This document shows positions 12,660 to 25,154 of a DNA stretch of 64,000 nucleotides, one piece after another. Numbering within the stretch: the stretch's first letter is position 1; every line of letters starts with the position of its first letter. Source of the stretch: the human T2T-CHM13v2.0 reference genome, Homo sapiens. The stretch lies in assembly GCF_009914755.1 (NCBI RefSeq), contig NC_060947.1; one strand, written 5' to 3'. Under the pieces are notes generated by a model. That model did no database searches, was not told the origin of the DNA, and saw nothing but the letters and a program-made list of their open reading frames with translations. Made by a program: the position numbers and the translations under genes.

Positions 12660-13345
12660 GTGCAATATAATTTTAAAAGGCACGGGTTTGAAATTAAATA
12701 GGCACATGTTTCCAATAGCAAAGACTTGGAACCAACCCAAATGTCCAACAGTGATAGACTAGATTAAGAAAATGTGGCACATATGCACCATGGAATACTA
12801 TGCGGCCATAAAAAATGATGAGTTCATGTCCTTTGTAGGGACATGGGTGCAGCTGGAAGCCATCATTCTCAGCAAACTATTGCAAGGACAAAAAAACAAA
12901 CACCGCATGTTCTCACTCACAGGTGAGAATTGAAGAATGAGAACACATGGACACAGGAAGGGGAACATCACACACCAGGGCCTGTTGTAGGGTAGGGGGA
13001 GGTGGGAGGGATAGCATTAGGAGATATACCTAATGTAAATGATGAGTTAATGGGTGCAGCACACCAACATGGCACATGTATACATATGTAACAAACCTGC
13101 ACGTTGTGCACATGTACCCTAAAACTTAGAGTATAATAAAAAAATTAAAAATAAATAAATAAATAGGCATGTGTTTCTATGTCTATTTTTCTGCTTACTA
13201 GCTTTGTTATCATGGAAATAACACTCAACCTGAGTTTATTATACATCCATAGAGATAATAATACTTAATTCGCGGGACTGTTGTGAGAATCAAGAAAAAC
13301 GGCATTTAAGGTACCTGACAACATACAAGACATATATTATTAAGT
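12660..13345 (+). mobile_element. MIR interrupted by the L1PA insertion
   Basis: MIR head before 12712 continues after 13161 (cttactagctttgttatcatgg...ggactgttgtgagaatcaa). Confidence 0.65.
12713..13160 (+). mobile_element. 5'-truncated L1PA (PA4/PA5-like) 3' end with A tail
   Basis: caatagcaaagacttggaaccaacccaaatgtcc...catgtaccctaaaacttagagtataataaa; 17-bp TSD at 12696-12712 and 13161-13177. Confidence 0.95.
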
Positions 13346-13544
13346 AATGGAACAGGGAGGGAACTCTAGGTCTGCCTGACTCCAAAATTCGCCCTTTTCA
13401 CCACCTTATTACATTGACAATCAAGTATATTTTTGCATCAAAATTTAGTTAAGTTTATATTCTTATTCTTATGAATGATAATTTTGTAGTTTATATTACC
13501 TTTTCAAATTATATAAAGTGGTTTACAGATGCATCATGGAAAAA

Positions 13545-13810
13545 GGCAATCAACACTGAGCATCTTCCAGGTAGGATGCTAAACCCTTTATATTTACATT
13601 TAATTTTCTCAAACTTATAAGATAAGTAGGTATTAACCCACTTTTACAGTCTAGGAAACTAAGACTCAAATTAATTTTCCCAAGTCTTTACAACTCTTGA
13701 TCTTAGCCAAAAGGTCAAGAAACAATACCCAAGTCTTTAAGATTGGAAGGGAACAGATCTAAGATTCACCTTCAAGTCAATCTGATTTTGAAGCCTGGTT
13801 TCTTCAGTAC
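13545..13810 (-). mobile_element. MIR SINE
   Basis: gtaggtattaacccacttttacagtctaggaaactaagactca antisense core. Confidence 0.65.
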
Positions 13811-13878
13811 ATACCCCTGCTCAGTGCAGCCCATATTTCTTTGTTCACCCAGAATAAGATACAGAAAAATAGCATGTG

Positions 13879-13880
<2 letters not shown>

Positions 13881-13920
<40 letters not shown>

Positions 13921-14207
13921 AGACAGAGTTTCACTCTTGTTGCCCAGGCTGGAGTGCAATGGTGCTATCTCAGCTCCCTGTTCCACAACCTCCACCTCCC
14001 GGGTTCAGGCAATTCTCCTGCCTCAGCCTCACGAGTAGCTGGGATTACAGGCATGCGCCACCAAGCACAGCTAATTTTGTATTTTTTAGTAGAGACAGGG
14101 TTTCTCCATGTTGGTCAGGCTGGTCTCGAACTCCCGACCTCAGACGATTTGCCCTCCTCGGCCTCCCAAAGTGCCGGGATTATAAGCATGAGCCACCGCA
14201 CCCAGGC
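13881..14207 (-). mobile_element. AluSp-like, full length, T39 tail on + strand
   Basis: TSD gcatgtgtctt at 13872-13882 and 14208-14218; ctcccgacctcag and cttgttgccc diagnostics. Confidence 0.95.
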
Positions 14208-14520
14208 GCATGTGTCTTAAACGAATAAAAACCTGTTTGTATATTTTATAAGTAATTATATAAAGTGAAAAATTACAAAAATGCATCTGAACAGTATCTG
14301 AGGAACAGAGCCCGTTGATAAGATCTGAGTATAATCCACTCTGAATTGCCTTGATGTATCACACCTGATTTCTTTGAGAAGTGTAGTTTTCCCATCCTCA
14401 CTTTTCTTTTAGTTTTCTGTAAGATGATAATGTTAACTAATAAAATACCAATGTCATGAGGGTGAAGAAACGTATGTATAATTTTTGTGGGTATATAATA
14501 GTTGTATATATTTATGGGGT

Positions 14521-16109
14521 GAATGTTGGCCTGTAGTTTTCTGTTTTTGTGATGTGTCATTGTCTGGTTTTGGTATCAGGGTAATACTGGCCTTGTAGAA
14601 TGAGTTTGGAAGTAGTCCCTCCTCCTCTATTTTTTGGAATAGTTTGAGTAAGATTGGTATGAATTTTTCTTAAAATATTTGGTAGAATTCAGCAGTGAAG
14701 CCATTGAGTCATGGGCAATTCTTTACTTGGAGACTTTTTATTATGGCTTCAATGTCATTACTTGTTATTTGTTCAGGTTTTGGATTTATTCATGTTTAAA
14801 TATCAGCAGGTTCTATGGGTCTAGGAATTTATTTCTTCCCTGTTTTCCAATTTATTGGCATGTAATTGTTCATAGTAGCCTCTAACAATCCTATGAATTT
14901 CTGCAGTATTGGTTATAATGTCTCCATTTTAATCCCTAATTTTATTCATTTGGGTCTTCTCTCGTTTTTCGTTAGTTATTCTGGCTAAAGGTTTGTCAAT
15001 ACTATTTATATTTTCAGAAAACCAACTTTTTGTTTCATTGATCGTTTATGTTGTTTTCTGTGTTTCAATTTCATTTATTTCTCCTCTGATTTTACTATTT
15101 CTTTTCTTCTACTAATTTTGGGTTTGGTTTGCTCTTGATTTTCTGGTTCTATAAAATGCATCATTAAGTTGTTTATTTGAAATTTTTCTACTTTTTTGAT
15201 GTAGGCACTATAAACTTTCCTCTTAGTACTGCATTTGCTGTATCCAGTCGGTTTTAGTACATTATGTTTATATTATCATTTGTTTCAAAAAATTTTTTAA
15301 ATTCCTTCTTAATTTCTTCATTGATCCACTGGTCATTCAGAAGACTGTTGTTTAATTAACAGGTGTTTCTATAGTTTCCGAAATTCCTCGTTATTGATTT
15401 CTAATTTGATTCCATTGCAGTCAGAGAAGATAATTGACGTAACTTCAATTATTTTGAATTTCTTAAGGCTTCTTTTATGACCTATCATATGATCTATCCT
15501 TGAGAATGATCTATGTGCTGAGCAAAACAATGTGTATTCTGCAACCATTGGAAGAAATATTCTTTAAATATTTTTTAGATCCATTTGGTCTATAGTACAT
15601 ATGAAGACTGATGTTTCTTTGTTGATTTTCTGACTGGAAGACCCATCTAATGCTGAAACTGAGGTGTTGAAGTCTCCAGCTATCATTGTATTGGAATCTA
15701 TCTCTCTCTTTAGCTCTAATAATATTTGCTTTATATATCTGAGTGTTCCAGTGTTGGGTGCATATATATTTAAAATTGTTATATTCTCTTGCTGAATTGA
15801 ACTCTTTATCATTATATAGTGACCTTCTTTTTCTTGTCTTATTGTTTTTGTCTTGAAATCTATTTTGCCTGATATATGTATAGCTACTCCTGCTCTTTTT
15901 TGTGTGTTTCCTTTGGCATAAAGTATCTTTTTTCATCCCTTTGTTTTTAGTCTATGTGTGCCTTTATAGGTGAAGTATGTTTTTTGTAGGAAGCAAATCA
16001 ATGGGTCTTGTTTATTCCTCTATTCAGCCACTCCTTGTCTTTTGATTGGAGAGTTTAGTCCACTTACATTCAATGTTATTATTGATAACTAAGGATTTAC
16101 TCCTGCCAT
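14521..16109 (-). pseudogene. Degenerate L1 ORF2 N-terminal part (APE endonuclease domain)
   Basis: ATG at 16109 (MAGVNP*LSIITLNVSGLN); ORF 15564-15812 SIQQENITILNIYAPNTG...IAGDFNT; stops and frameshifts. Confidence 0.9.
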
Positions 16110-16699
16110 TTTGTTATTTGTTATCTGGTCATTTTGTGGTCTTCTCTTCCTTCTTTCTTTCCTTCCTGCCTTCCTTTAGTAAAGGTGATTTTCTCTGGTC
16201 ATATGATGTAGTTTCTTGATTTTTATTTTCTGTGTATACGTTGTATGATTTTTTGTTTGAGGTTACCACGAGACTTGCAAATACTATCTTATAACCCATT
16301 ATTATTAGGGAATAACATAACACTGTTTGCATGAACAAACAAGCAAAGAAGGCTACCTCTAGGTATTTAATAATTAAACTGTAACATTTCTTGTAGGGCA
16401 GGTCTGGTGTTGATGAAAAAGAAAAATGATAAAAACTCTATGCCTTAACTTTATTCCCCCACTTTTTACATTTTGTTGTTCCTATGTATATCTCATTGTA
16501 CTGTCTATTTCTTGAAAAATTGATGTAGTTGTTATTTTTGCTTGGCTCATCATTTAGATTTTCTTCCTATAATAAGAGTAGTTTGCACACCACAGTTACA
16601 GTGTTATAATCTGTGTTTTTCTGTGTACTTATTATTTACCAGTGAGTTTTGTCCATTCAGATGATTACTTATTACTCATTAATGTCCTTTTCATTATGA

Positions 16700-17620
16700 T
16701 TAAAGTATTTCCTTTAGCATTTCTTGTAACAGGTCCGGTGTTGATAAAATCCCTCAACTTTTGTTTTCTGGGAAAGTTTTTATTTCTTCTTCATGTTTGA
16801 AGGATATTTTCACCACGTATACTATTCTAGGGTAAAATGATTTTTTTTTTTTTTTTTTACCTTCGGTACTTTAAATATGTCATGCCTCTCTCTCTCCTGG
16901 CCTTTAAGATTTCCACTGAGAAGTCTGCTGCCAGACATATTGGAGCTAGATTGTATGTTATTTGTTTATTTTCTCCTGCTGCTTTTCGGATACTTTCTTC
17001 ATTCTGGACATTTGGAAGTTTGATGATTAAATGTTTTGAGATAGTGTTAGCTGGGTTAAATCTACTTGGTGTTCTATAATTTTCTTGTACTTGGATATTG
17101 ATATCTTTCTCTCAGTTCAGGAAATTCTCTGTTATTATCTATTGAATAAGCTTTCTACCCCTATCTCTCTCTCTACTTCCTCTTTAAGGTTAGTAACTCT
17201 TAAAGTTGCCCATTTGAGGTTACTTTCTAGATCTTCTAAGTGTTCTTCATTCTTTTTTGTTCTTTTTTCTTTTGTATCCTCTGACTGTATTTTTAAATGG
17301 CTTGTCTTCATGCTTACTAATTATTTCTTCTGCTTGATCAATTCTGCTCTTAAGAGACTCTGCTGCATTTCTCAGCATGTCAATTGCATTATTCAACTCC
17401 AGAATTTCTGCTTGATTCTTTTTAATTATTTCAATCTTTTGGTCAAATTTATATGATAGGATTCTTAATTCCTTCTCTGTGTTATCTTGAATTTTTTTTA
17501 GTTTCCTCAAAACAGCTAATTTGAATACTCTCTGAAAGGTTATAAATCTGTGCTTCTCCAGGATTAATTAGTCCATGTTGCCTTATTTCGTTCATTTGGT
17601 GAGGTTATGCTTTATTGTAT
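16700..17620 (-). pseudogene. Degenerate L1 ORF1
   Basis: ORF 17247-17510 IEIIKKNQAEILELNNAIDMLRNAAESLKSRIDQAEEIIS is the ORF1p coiled coil. Confidence 0.85.
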
Positions 17621-17926
17621 GGTCTTGATGCTTGTGGATGTTCATTGGTGTCTGGATATTGAAGAGTTGGGTATTTATTGTGGTCTTTGCATTCTGGACT
17701 TGCTTGTGTCCATCCATTTTGGGAAAAGTTTCCAGGTAGTTGAATGGACTTGGGTGTTGTGATCTAAGTTTTTGGTCATTGCAGTTGTATCTGCATTAAA
17801 TGCGGGCACCCCAAACTCAGGAATGCTGTGGCTCTTGGTGGTCTTGAATAAGATCCAGAAGAACTCTCTGAATTACAAGGCAGACACTCTTGTTCTCTTC
17901 CCTAAATTCCTCCTAAACAAACAGAG

Positions 17927-17931
17927 TCTCT

Positions 17932-17966
<35 letters not shown>

Positions 17967-17974
17967 TGTGTGTG
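17927..17974. repeat. (TC)n(TG)n microsatellite inside L1
   Basis: Directly visible. Confidence 0.95.
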
Positions 17975-19689
17975 CTGGGCTGCCTGGAACTGTGGCAGGG
18001 GTGACACACGTGTCCCTGTGGCCACCAATCTTGGGACTGTGCTGGGTCAGTCTTGAAGCCAGCATAGTAGTGGGTTGTGCTCAAGGCCCACGATAACCGC
18101 TGCCTGGCTACCTATGTTCACTCAAGGCCCTAAGGCTCTATAATCAGTAAGTGATGAAACCAGACAGACTTGTGTCCTTCCATTTAGGACAGCGAGTTTT
18201 CCCTTGTCCCAGGCGGGTCCAGGGATGCTGTCAGAGAGCCACAGCCTAGAGTCAGAAACTTTAGGAATCTATCTAGTGCTCTATTCTACTGTGGCTGAGT
18301 TGGCACCCAAGCAACAAGACAAAGTCCTTCCCACTCTTACCTCTCCTTTCCACAAGTGGAGGAGTTTCTCCCCGTGGCCTTCACCAACTCAAGCCCATGG
18401 TAAGTACTGCCTGGCTACCACTGATGTTTATTGAAGTCCCAAGGGCTCCTCAGTCAGATTGTGGTGAATGCTGCCAGATCTGAGACTCCCCTTCAGGGTA
18501 ATGGGCTCTCCTCTGGCCAAGGGCAAGTCCAGAAATGTTGCCCAAGAGCCAAAGCCCGTAATCAGGGACACCAAGAAACTGTTTGGTGCTCTGCCTTACT
18601 GTGGCCAAGCTGGTACCTAAGCTGCAGGACAAAACCTCCTTATTCTTCCCTTCTCCTTTTGTTAAGCAAAAGGAGTACCCCCCCATAGCTACCATAGCTG
18701 GGAATGTGCTGGGTCATTCCTGAAGTGTCACCCAAGACCCATGGTGAGTACTTCATGGGTACCATGCTGATTATACAGGGCCCAAGGGCTCTTTAGTCTG
18801 CAGGTGATGAATCCTTCCAGGACTGGGTCTTTCCCTTCAAAACAACGGGTTCTCTTCTGGCCCAGGATGTGTCTAGAACTGTCCAGAAGCTAGGTCCTGG
18901 AATGGCAGCCTCAGTACTCTGATGCCCTATTCTACTGTGGCTGAGTTGATATCCAGGTTCCAAGACAAAGTCCTCTTTACTTTTCCCTATCCTCTCCTCA
19001 AGCAAAAGAAAGGAGTCTTTCCTAGAGCTGCACTGCCTAGGGTCAGGGGAGGGGTAGCACCAGCACTCCTTTGGTGGCCCCAGCTGGCATCTCACTATGT
19101 TGCATGCCCCACTAGTCCATTGGTTCTGAGCCCAGCACAGCCCTAGGACTTACCAGGAGTTGCAGTCCTTGTGGCCTAGACTGTCTTTCAAGTTTATATA
19201 GGACCTCAAAGTACTTTAGCTCACAGAGGCAAGGCTTGAGAGAACTCAGATTCTGACCACTGGGAATAGGGGATTCCCCTCTGGCTAGGGCTGGTGTAGA
19301 TGTTTCCTTCATGGGCACTGGCTGACTTCTGCCTGTGTTACTTTCTGCTGTGACATGACAGCACAGAGTTCCAATGCAAATCCCCACAATAATTGTGCTC
19401 TCCCTCCCCCAAGAACACAGAATCTCTCTCCATGCTGCATTGCCACTGCTGTGGGGATGGGGGAGGGATGGCATCAGTGATTTAAGATTGTCTTTCCTAC
19501 ACTCTTCAGTGCCTCTTTCAGTGGTGTGAATTTAAAACCTGGATTTTTGGTTCTTATGACGGTACATTTTTGTGTGGATAGTTGTACAGTTTGGTGCTCC
19601 TGCAGAGAAGATGATTGGTGGAGGCTCTATTTGGCCATCTTGCCATCAAGGATTCTTCTCTAAGATTCATGAGACTTAAAAGCAACGTT

Positions 19690-19982
19690 TCACAAGGGTC
19701 TCATTGGGTCTCTGCTCAAATCTGCCTTGATAACTGTGTAAAATATCACCACCACTGGTTCTTCCTAACACTCTTACCAAGCTTTATTTTTCTCTATAGC
19801 ACTTAAGACCTGGTGTAGCATATATTTAATTGTATTTTTATTCATTATCTGCTTCTCCTTATTAGAACGTAAACTCCACGACAGCATGCACTATGGCGGT
19901 TTTCTTCACTTCTCTATCCTCTCAGTGCCTAGCAGAGTGGACAATCATTATTTTTAAAAATTATTTGTTGAATCAATAAATA
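19690..19982 (+). mobile_element. L2 3' end
   Basis: attagaacgtaaactccacg...cagtgcctagcagagtgg...tatttgttgaatcaataaat. Confidence 0.85.
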
Positions 19983-20269
19983 TAATAGGCAACCAATAAA
20001 TGTCATTTTCATTCTCTTCCCCTTCTTTTATGTTAGATGAGAAGTTTTATTATCTTTAAATTATTTGAAATAGCCTTATCAAGAGAAAATTCAGTTGTTA
20101 TCTATGAACACTTAAATAAACTGGTCAGTTAACTGAAATAACTAATAAGTTATATGAAACAACTGTTCAATTCATAAAATTGAATTTCATATCTTCATCC
20201 CTTTGTTCATGGTTTTTATGAATTGTGCCCAAATGATTTGGATCATTGCTAAGGACCAATAACTGCTGG

Positions 20270-21047
20270 GTGGTTCCAATTCTCCCTTTCTAAATGGGGG
20301 TTTTTGTGGCAAATATCCTGTTTCTTCTCTACAGTTGTATACCGGGTGGGTGAATGAGAGGGCAGATAACTTGTCTGTTAGTTTATAGGTGACCACAAGA
20401 CAATGAATTATATCTGAATGTGATAAAAGGGTGTAGCATCAGATATCTTGAACTTTGAGATGAACACAGTAACCTAGATAGGACTCTGGGTCCTCTCTCG
20501 GGAAGAAGTGAAATGTGTTCTATGCATAGAAAGAAGAATGAGCACTGTTATTTGGGTAGTCAATAAGGTAGAGTGTCTCAGAAGTTACACCTTGTTTTCT
20601 GATCTAGTACCTACTTTTTTCATAATAACAAACTTTTCAGCTGTGTTAAATATTACATTCTGAACTGTCCTTAAAGCTAGACGTAGCTATGGGTCACAGT
20701 TATATGCAATGCAACATAAGCAGAAATATCCTATAGCAGCTTCCAGGAGTCTTCCTCAATTAACAACTTTCCCTTCTCTATTTCAAATCTTCCTCCGTCC
20801 TTCTGCTTAGAATACAGATGCCACAATCTTGCAACATAAAATCAAGGAAGACGTAGTCGATATGACATAATGATAGATTAGAAGGAACTTGGGTCTCAAA
20901 TGCATATCATGGACCAGAGGTGGCCAATTCTGCACTGCTTATAATTGAAACATTTATACGAAAGATAAATAAACTTCTATTTCCATAAAGCCACTGCCAT
21001 TTCAGGTTTTATGTTCCTCACAACTGAACCTAATGCTAACTGATAGA
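20270..21047 (+). mobile_element. MLT1(J/K-like) internal 3' end plus LTR (LTR from ~20573)
   Basis: Internal-like gagggcagataacttgtctgttagtttataggt; LTR end aaacttctatttccataaagccactg...acctaatgctaactgata. Confidence 0.65.
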
Positions 21048-21073
21048 TATTATAAATATCTGGTTATGGCAAC

Positions 21074-21474
21074 TGTATTAGTTTGCTAGGGCTGCCATAA
21101 GCAAAACACTACAGACCAGTTGTCTTAAACAGAAATTTGTTTTCTCACAGTTATAGAGGCTGGAAGTTCAAGATCAAGGAGTCAGCAGGTTTGTTTTCTT
21201 CCTAAGCCTCTCTCCTTGGCCTTGGTCATCTTCCCAGTGTATCCTCACATGGTCTTTTCTCTATGCCTATGCATCCCTGGTGTCTCTTTGTGTGCCCAAA
21301 TGTTTTCTACTTCTAAGGATGCCAGTCAGATTGGATTAGGGCCCACTTTAACAGCTTCATTTTAATTTAATCACCTCTTGAAAGCCCAATCTCCAAATAT
21401 GTTCACATTCTGAGGTACTGAATGTTAGGATTTCACCATGTGAATTTTGAGAGGACACAATTCAGCCCATAACA
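21074..21474 (-). mobile_element. MLT1A-type solo LTR
   Basis: TGtattagtttgctagggctgccataa...cacaattcagcccataaCA; 5-bp TSD gcaac/gtaac. Confidence 0.9.
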
Positions 21475-21998
21475 GTAACTGACTTGTGTGCAAGATGATG
21501 ATTTCTGTGAAGGCAGGAGTTGCATTTTCTGCACTCATATTGGCAAGTGGTTAGCACATAGCCAGGCAGAGAATAGGTACTTGCTGGACATCAACTGCTT
21601 TTGAGAATTGAATCAATTTTCCTGAATGTTTAGACTGAAATGACTGGCCAGTTTAACTAAATGGCCACATTCAGTGCAAACAAAGACACAGGCTTAAAAT
21701 TCCATTTCTAAAACAATAGATTGGGATACTTCAGAATATCTGAACCAATATAAAATAATGGAAGGCAACACTGAAAGAAGCCAAACCCTAGGGAATTAAT
21801 AATTAAGCATTTGCAGAAACTTAAAATATAGATTGTATTTACTAAAGAGAATATAATGGGATTCAATATAAAGTACTGCTATCATGGTGGAATCAGATGT
21901 TGAGTATATCTCAGCTGAGCTTCCTATGAAGCCGTCCTTCTCTGCCTCAGTCATCCCACATAACCTATTCCAGAAGCCATGTGCATTGTAGCCAGAGT

Positions 21999-22201
21999 AA
22001 GTGGTATGTTGGAGCTGCCTACGACTAGGCCACAAGAGCTGATTGTTATATTTTCAAGTATTTTTCAAGCTAACAGTTAAACCACTGGTAGCTGAAAATA
22101 AGCCATGGTGGGAATGTTTCTACCATGGAAACTGGCAAATGTTACAAATCAGAGTTTGTTGTCAGGGAGGCAGTTTTTAAACATTTATCAGCACATCATT
22201 G
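21999..22201. mobile_element. MER63A-like hAT-Blackjack MITE
   Basis: gtggtatgttggagctg...gccatggtgggaatgtttctaccatggaaactggcaaatgttacaaatcag...cagcacatcattg. Confidence 0.8.
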
Positions 22202-22959
22202 GCCATAGTCCAGATGAGCTCATTCAATGCAAAGCTTCTTCACATAGCAAACAGTTGTAGAGCAAACCCATTGAATGAGACAGATAAATAGAAATGGTGA
22301 GAAGAGTGGTGATTCAGGAGAAGGCTTTTCCCAGTCTCAGCCTTCACTCCCAAAAGGTTTATGGCAAGCTGTCTTAGCTCAGCAAAGGGTACTTAAGTTT
22401 GCTTTTATCGAATCTCATTAAACTATTTTCAAACTCTCCTCCCTCAAATCTCTATCACCACATGTTCTATCTAAGAAAATGATCCTGTTTTTCTGCAAAT
22501 TTACCTGGTCTATTTTCTTTGACTCTAAGGGTGGAAATATATATCATTTATTATCATTACTATTGACCTTATAGTATTATCTGTCCAACACTTACTGTTG
22601 AACAAGATGAAGTATATTCTTTTGTACTTTCTCATTAAGCAGTTCTATAACATGTTTATACTTTCAAAGTGTCACCAAACCACTATTTTGATTATTTTTA
22701 GAACAGTTATAGGAATTGAGGAGTAAGGAAGTGGCATTATACTGTTACAAAACACCAAACTCCAGAAAGTTCAGATGTTTTCTTTAACTCAGGCGCTAAT
22801 CTGGGAGCTTATAGTGGATCACAGAATCTCTAAATCAATCTTTGTAGAATATTAGTACCAGTGCCCCCTCTTTACTTCCTATGTGCCTCTCTGATGTTGG
22901 CTCCTGTAATGCAAGTTCTTGTTCTTACCTCCCTCTCAACCCCCAACAGGCTTTGAAAG

Positions 22960-23150
22960 GATCAAAGTTTATTATTACCCATAACAACTGCACCCATTTC
23001 TATGTATTAGGCACCATTCAAGGTAATGTCGCAGATAATTTTCAGTGACCCAAATAGGTAGGCACAATTATGCCTACTTTTCAGATGAGGAAACCGAGGC
23101 CTAGACACGTTAAATAACTTACTGAAGTAAGTGGTAAAGCCAAAAAAACA
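22960..23150 (-). mobile_element. MIR fragment
   Basis: tttcagatgaggaaaccgaggcctagacacgttaaataactt. Confidence 0.75.
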
Positions 23151-23219
23151 ATAATTTAAAAGAATTTTAAAAGTGGCTGAATTTAAATTTCATGGTTAAT
23201 ATAAAATGTAGTTGTCTGT

Positions 23220-23420
23220 CCATGAACTCACATATATGTTATCTCATTTAATATTCACTGTAGAATATGAGGCTCTTACTACCCTCTTTTTAGGGTTGTG
23301 GAATCAAGATCTAAGAAATTTCAGTCATTTGTTTGGGGTCATACAACCAGTAAGTTAACAGAGTTCAGATTCAAACCAAGATCTCCTGATTTCCCAACCA
23401 GGGTCCTTCTCACTCTAACA
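23220..23420 (-). mobile_element. MIR fragment
   Basis: ggtcatacaaccagtaagttaacagagttcagattcaaaccaagatctcctgatttcc. Confidence 0.7.
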
Positions 23421-23732
23421 CTAACACAGAGACCTCGAACATTACCAGCTTGTTACCTGCTGTTTTTCTTTCTACTATACAGACTGCTTAATGACTACAT
23501 TTTTTTTCTCTCTCTCTCTCTTTTTTTTACTTCACCCTTTCTTGTTCCTATCCAGTATTAGGTATCATCTTTGCATCATTTGTGTTGGAGGCACTGATTT
23601 ACTGGTCATGTATGATACTTGGCTTCTCTGACTATTACATGTTAATAAAACAAATAGAAAAAATGGGATACATATGTCTCACAGACTCATTGGAACAGTG
23701 ACATAGTACATTAAGAATTAAAAGAACTTTTG

Positions 23733-24020
23733 TTAATTTTATTGAAATTTATTAGGCTCCAACTATGTACCAAGCAATGTTTTGAGTACAAGAATACAAT
23801 AGTGAACATGTCTGGCATAAGCCCTGCCTCATAAAGCTTACATTCTGGTGGAAGTGAGAGGGAGGACAAATAAAGTACATAGAAAGTTAATAAAGTTATT
23901 TAAAATTGTGATAAGTACCTTGAAATAAGCAAACAAGGATAAAATATAAAGAATGGCAGAAAGGAATGGGACCTACTTTATATTGATCAGTAAAGAACTC
24001 TCTAACAATGATTTAAGCAC
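23733..24020 (-). mobile_element. L2 3' end
   Basis: atttattaggctccaactatgtaccaagcaatgttttgagtac...ccctgcctcataaagcttacattctggtgg. Confidence 0.8.
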
Positions 24021-24741
24021 ATCCTACTGTTAAGAAACATATATGTGAGTTGTCCATATACATATGTCATGAGGAAGAATGATATTTTGTTCAGAAGCTT
24101 GAAGTCTTAAACATTGGAAACTATGCTTAACAGAAAACAAAAAAAATTACTTTTATCAAGATGTGATACATAAAATAATATTTAATAAGAATATGTATAT
24201 GAAATACATATGCAGTACATATATATGTACACATATATGGTTTTTCTCTTCTAAATAGACAATAGTTAAACCTGCAGTAAGAGTAATTAAGCCATATCTT
24301 AGAAACATCAAGATACTATACATTTAGGAAAAACAATAATACAATTAGAGCGTGGTAGGCTTTTTGTGATACTCATTCAGAAACTGTGATTTTCAATTAA
24401 TTTCAACAATGTCCAAATTAATTCATTTTTCTTTAAGTATTACCCAGGAGATGTTATTCAAATATAAGAAAACAGAAAGATGTTGCTTATCAAATCCAAA
24501 CAAATTTGAGTTGATTTTTTAAATGTTAAAAGGTTATTTTGTCTCTATAATTTTTTACCAAAAGAAATTGGGAAAGACTGTAATTATTTCTACTCCTAAA
24601 AAAATCCCCAAATCTGAAGACAGTCATTTTCTAGTTTGTTTTTTAGAAGTCAAAATTGGGCTATGGATAGCTCAGAGTCATCTTTTTTTTCTTTTACAAT
24701 GAAATGTAGTGGTGGCATTTATTATTAGAAATGTTTTATTC

Positions 24742-25154
24742 GACATGGAATCAACTCAGGCGTCCATCAATGGTAGACTGGATAAACAAAACTTTGTATT
24801 TATATACCATGGAATAGTACATAACAATAAAACGAATGAAATCATGTCCTTTGCAGCAACATAGATGGAGCTGGAGACCATTATCCTAAGCAAATTAACG
24901 CAGGAACAGAAAAACAAATACCTCATGTTCTCAATTATGGTGGGAGCTAAGCTTTGAGCATGTATGGATATACATAAATATGGAAACAATAGACACTGTG
25001 GACTACTAGAAGGTGGGGGGAGGGGTAGGCTAAAAAAAACTACCTATTGTGTTCTATGCTTACTACCAGGGTTACAGGATCCATACTCCAAACCCAGCAT
25101 CACAAAATATTCCCATGTACCCCCGTATCTAAAATAAAAATTGGAAAAATAAAG
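24742..25154 (+). mobile_element. 5'-truncated old L1PA (PA15-17-like) 3' end
   Basis: aatcatgtcctttgcagcaacatagatggagctggagaccattatcctaagc; TSD agaaatgttttatt/agaaatatcttatt at 24727-24740 and 25155-25168. Confidence 0.9.

Larger units (their letters stand above)
14475..19644 (-). mobile_element. L1M1/L1MA-type LINE-1 with 5' UTR, ORF1 and 5' ORF2, but most of ORF2/3' UTR deleted
   Basis: 5' end GGCAAGATGGCCAAATAG (YY1 box; rc of 19627-19644); ORF1 and endonuclease remnants; 3' tip tttttgtgggtatataatagttgtatatatttatggggt at 14482-14520. Confidence 0.9.
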
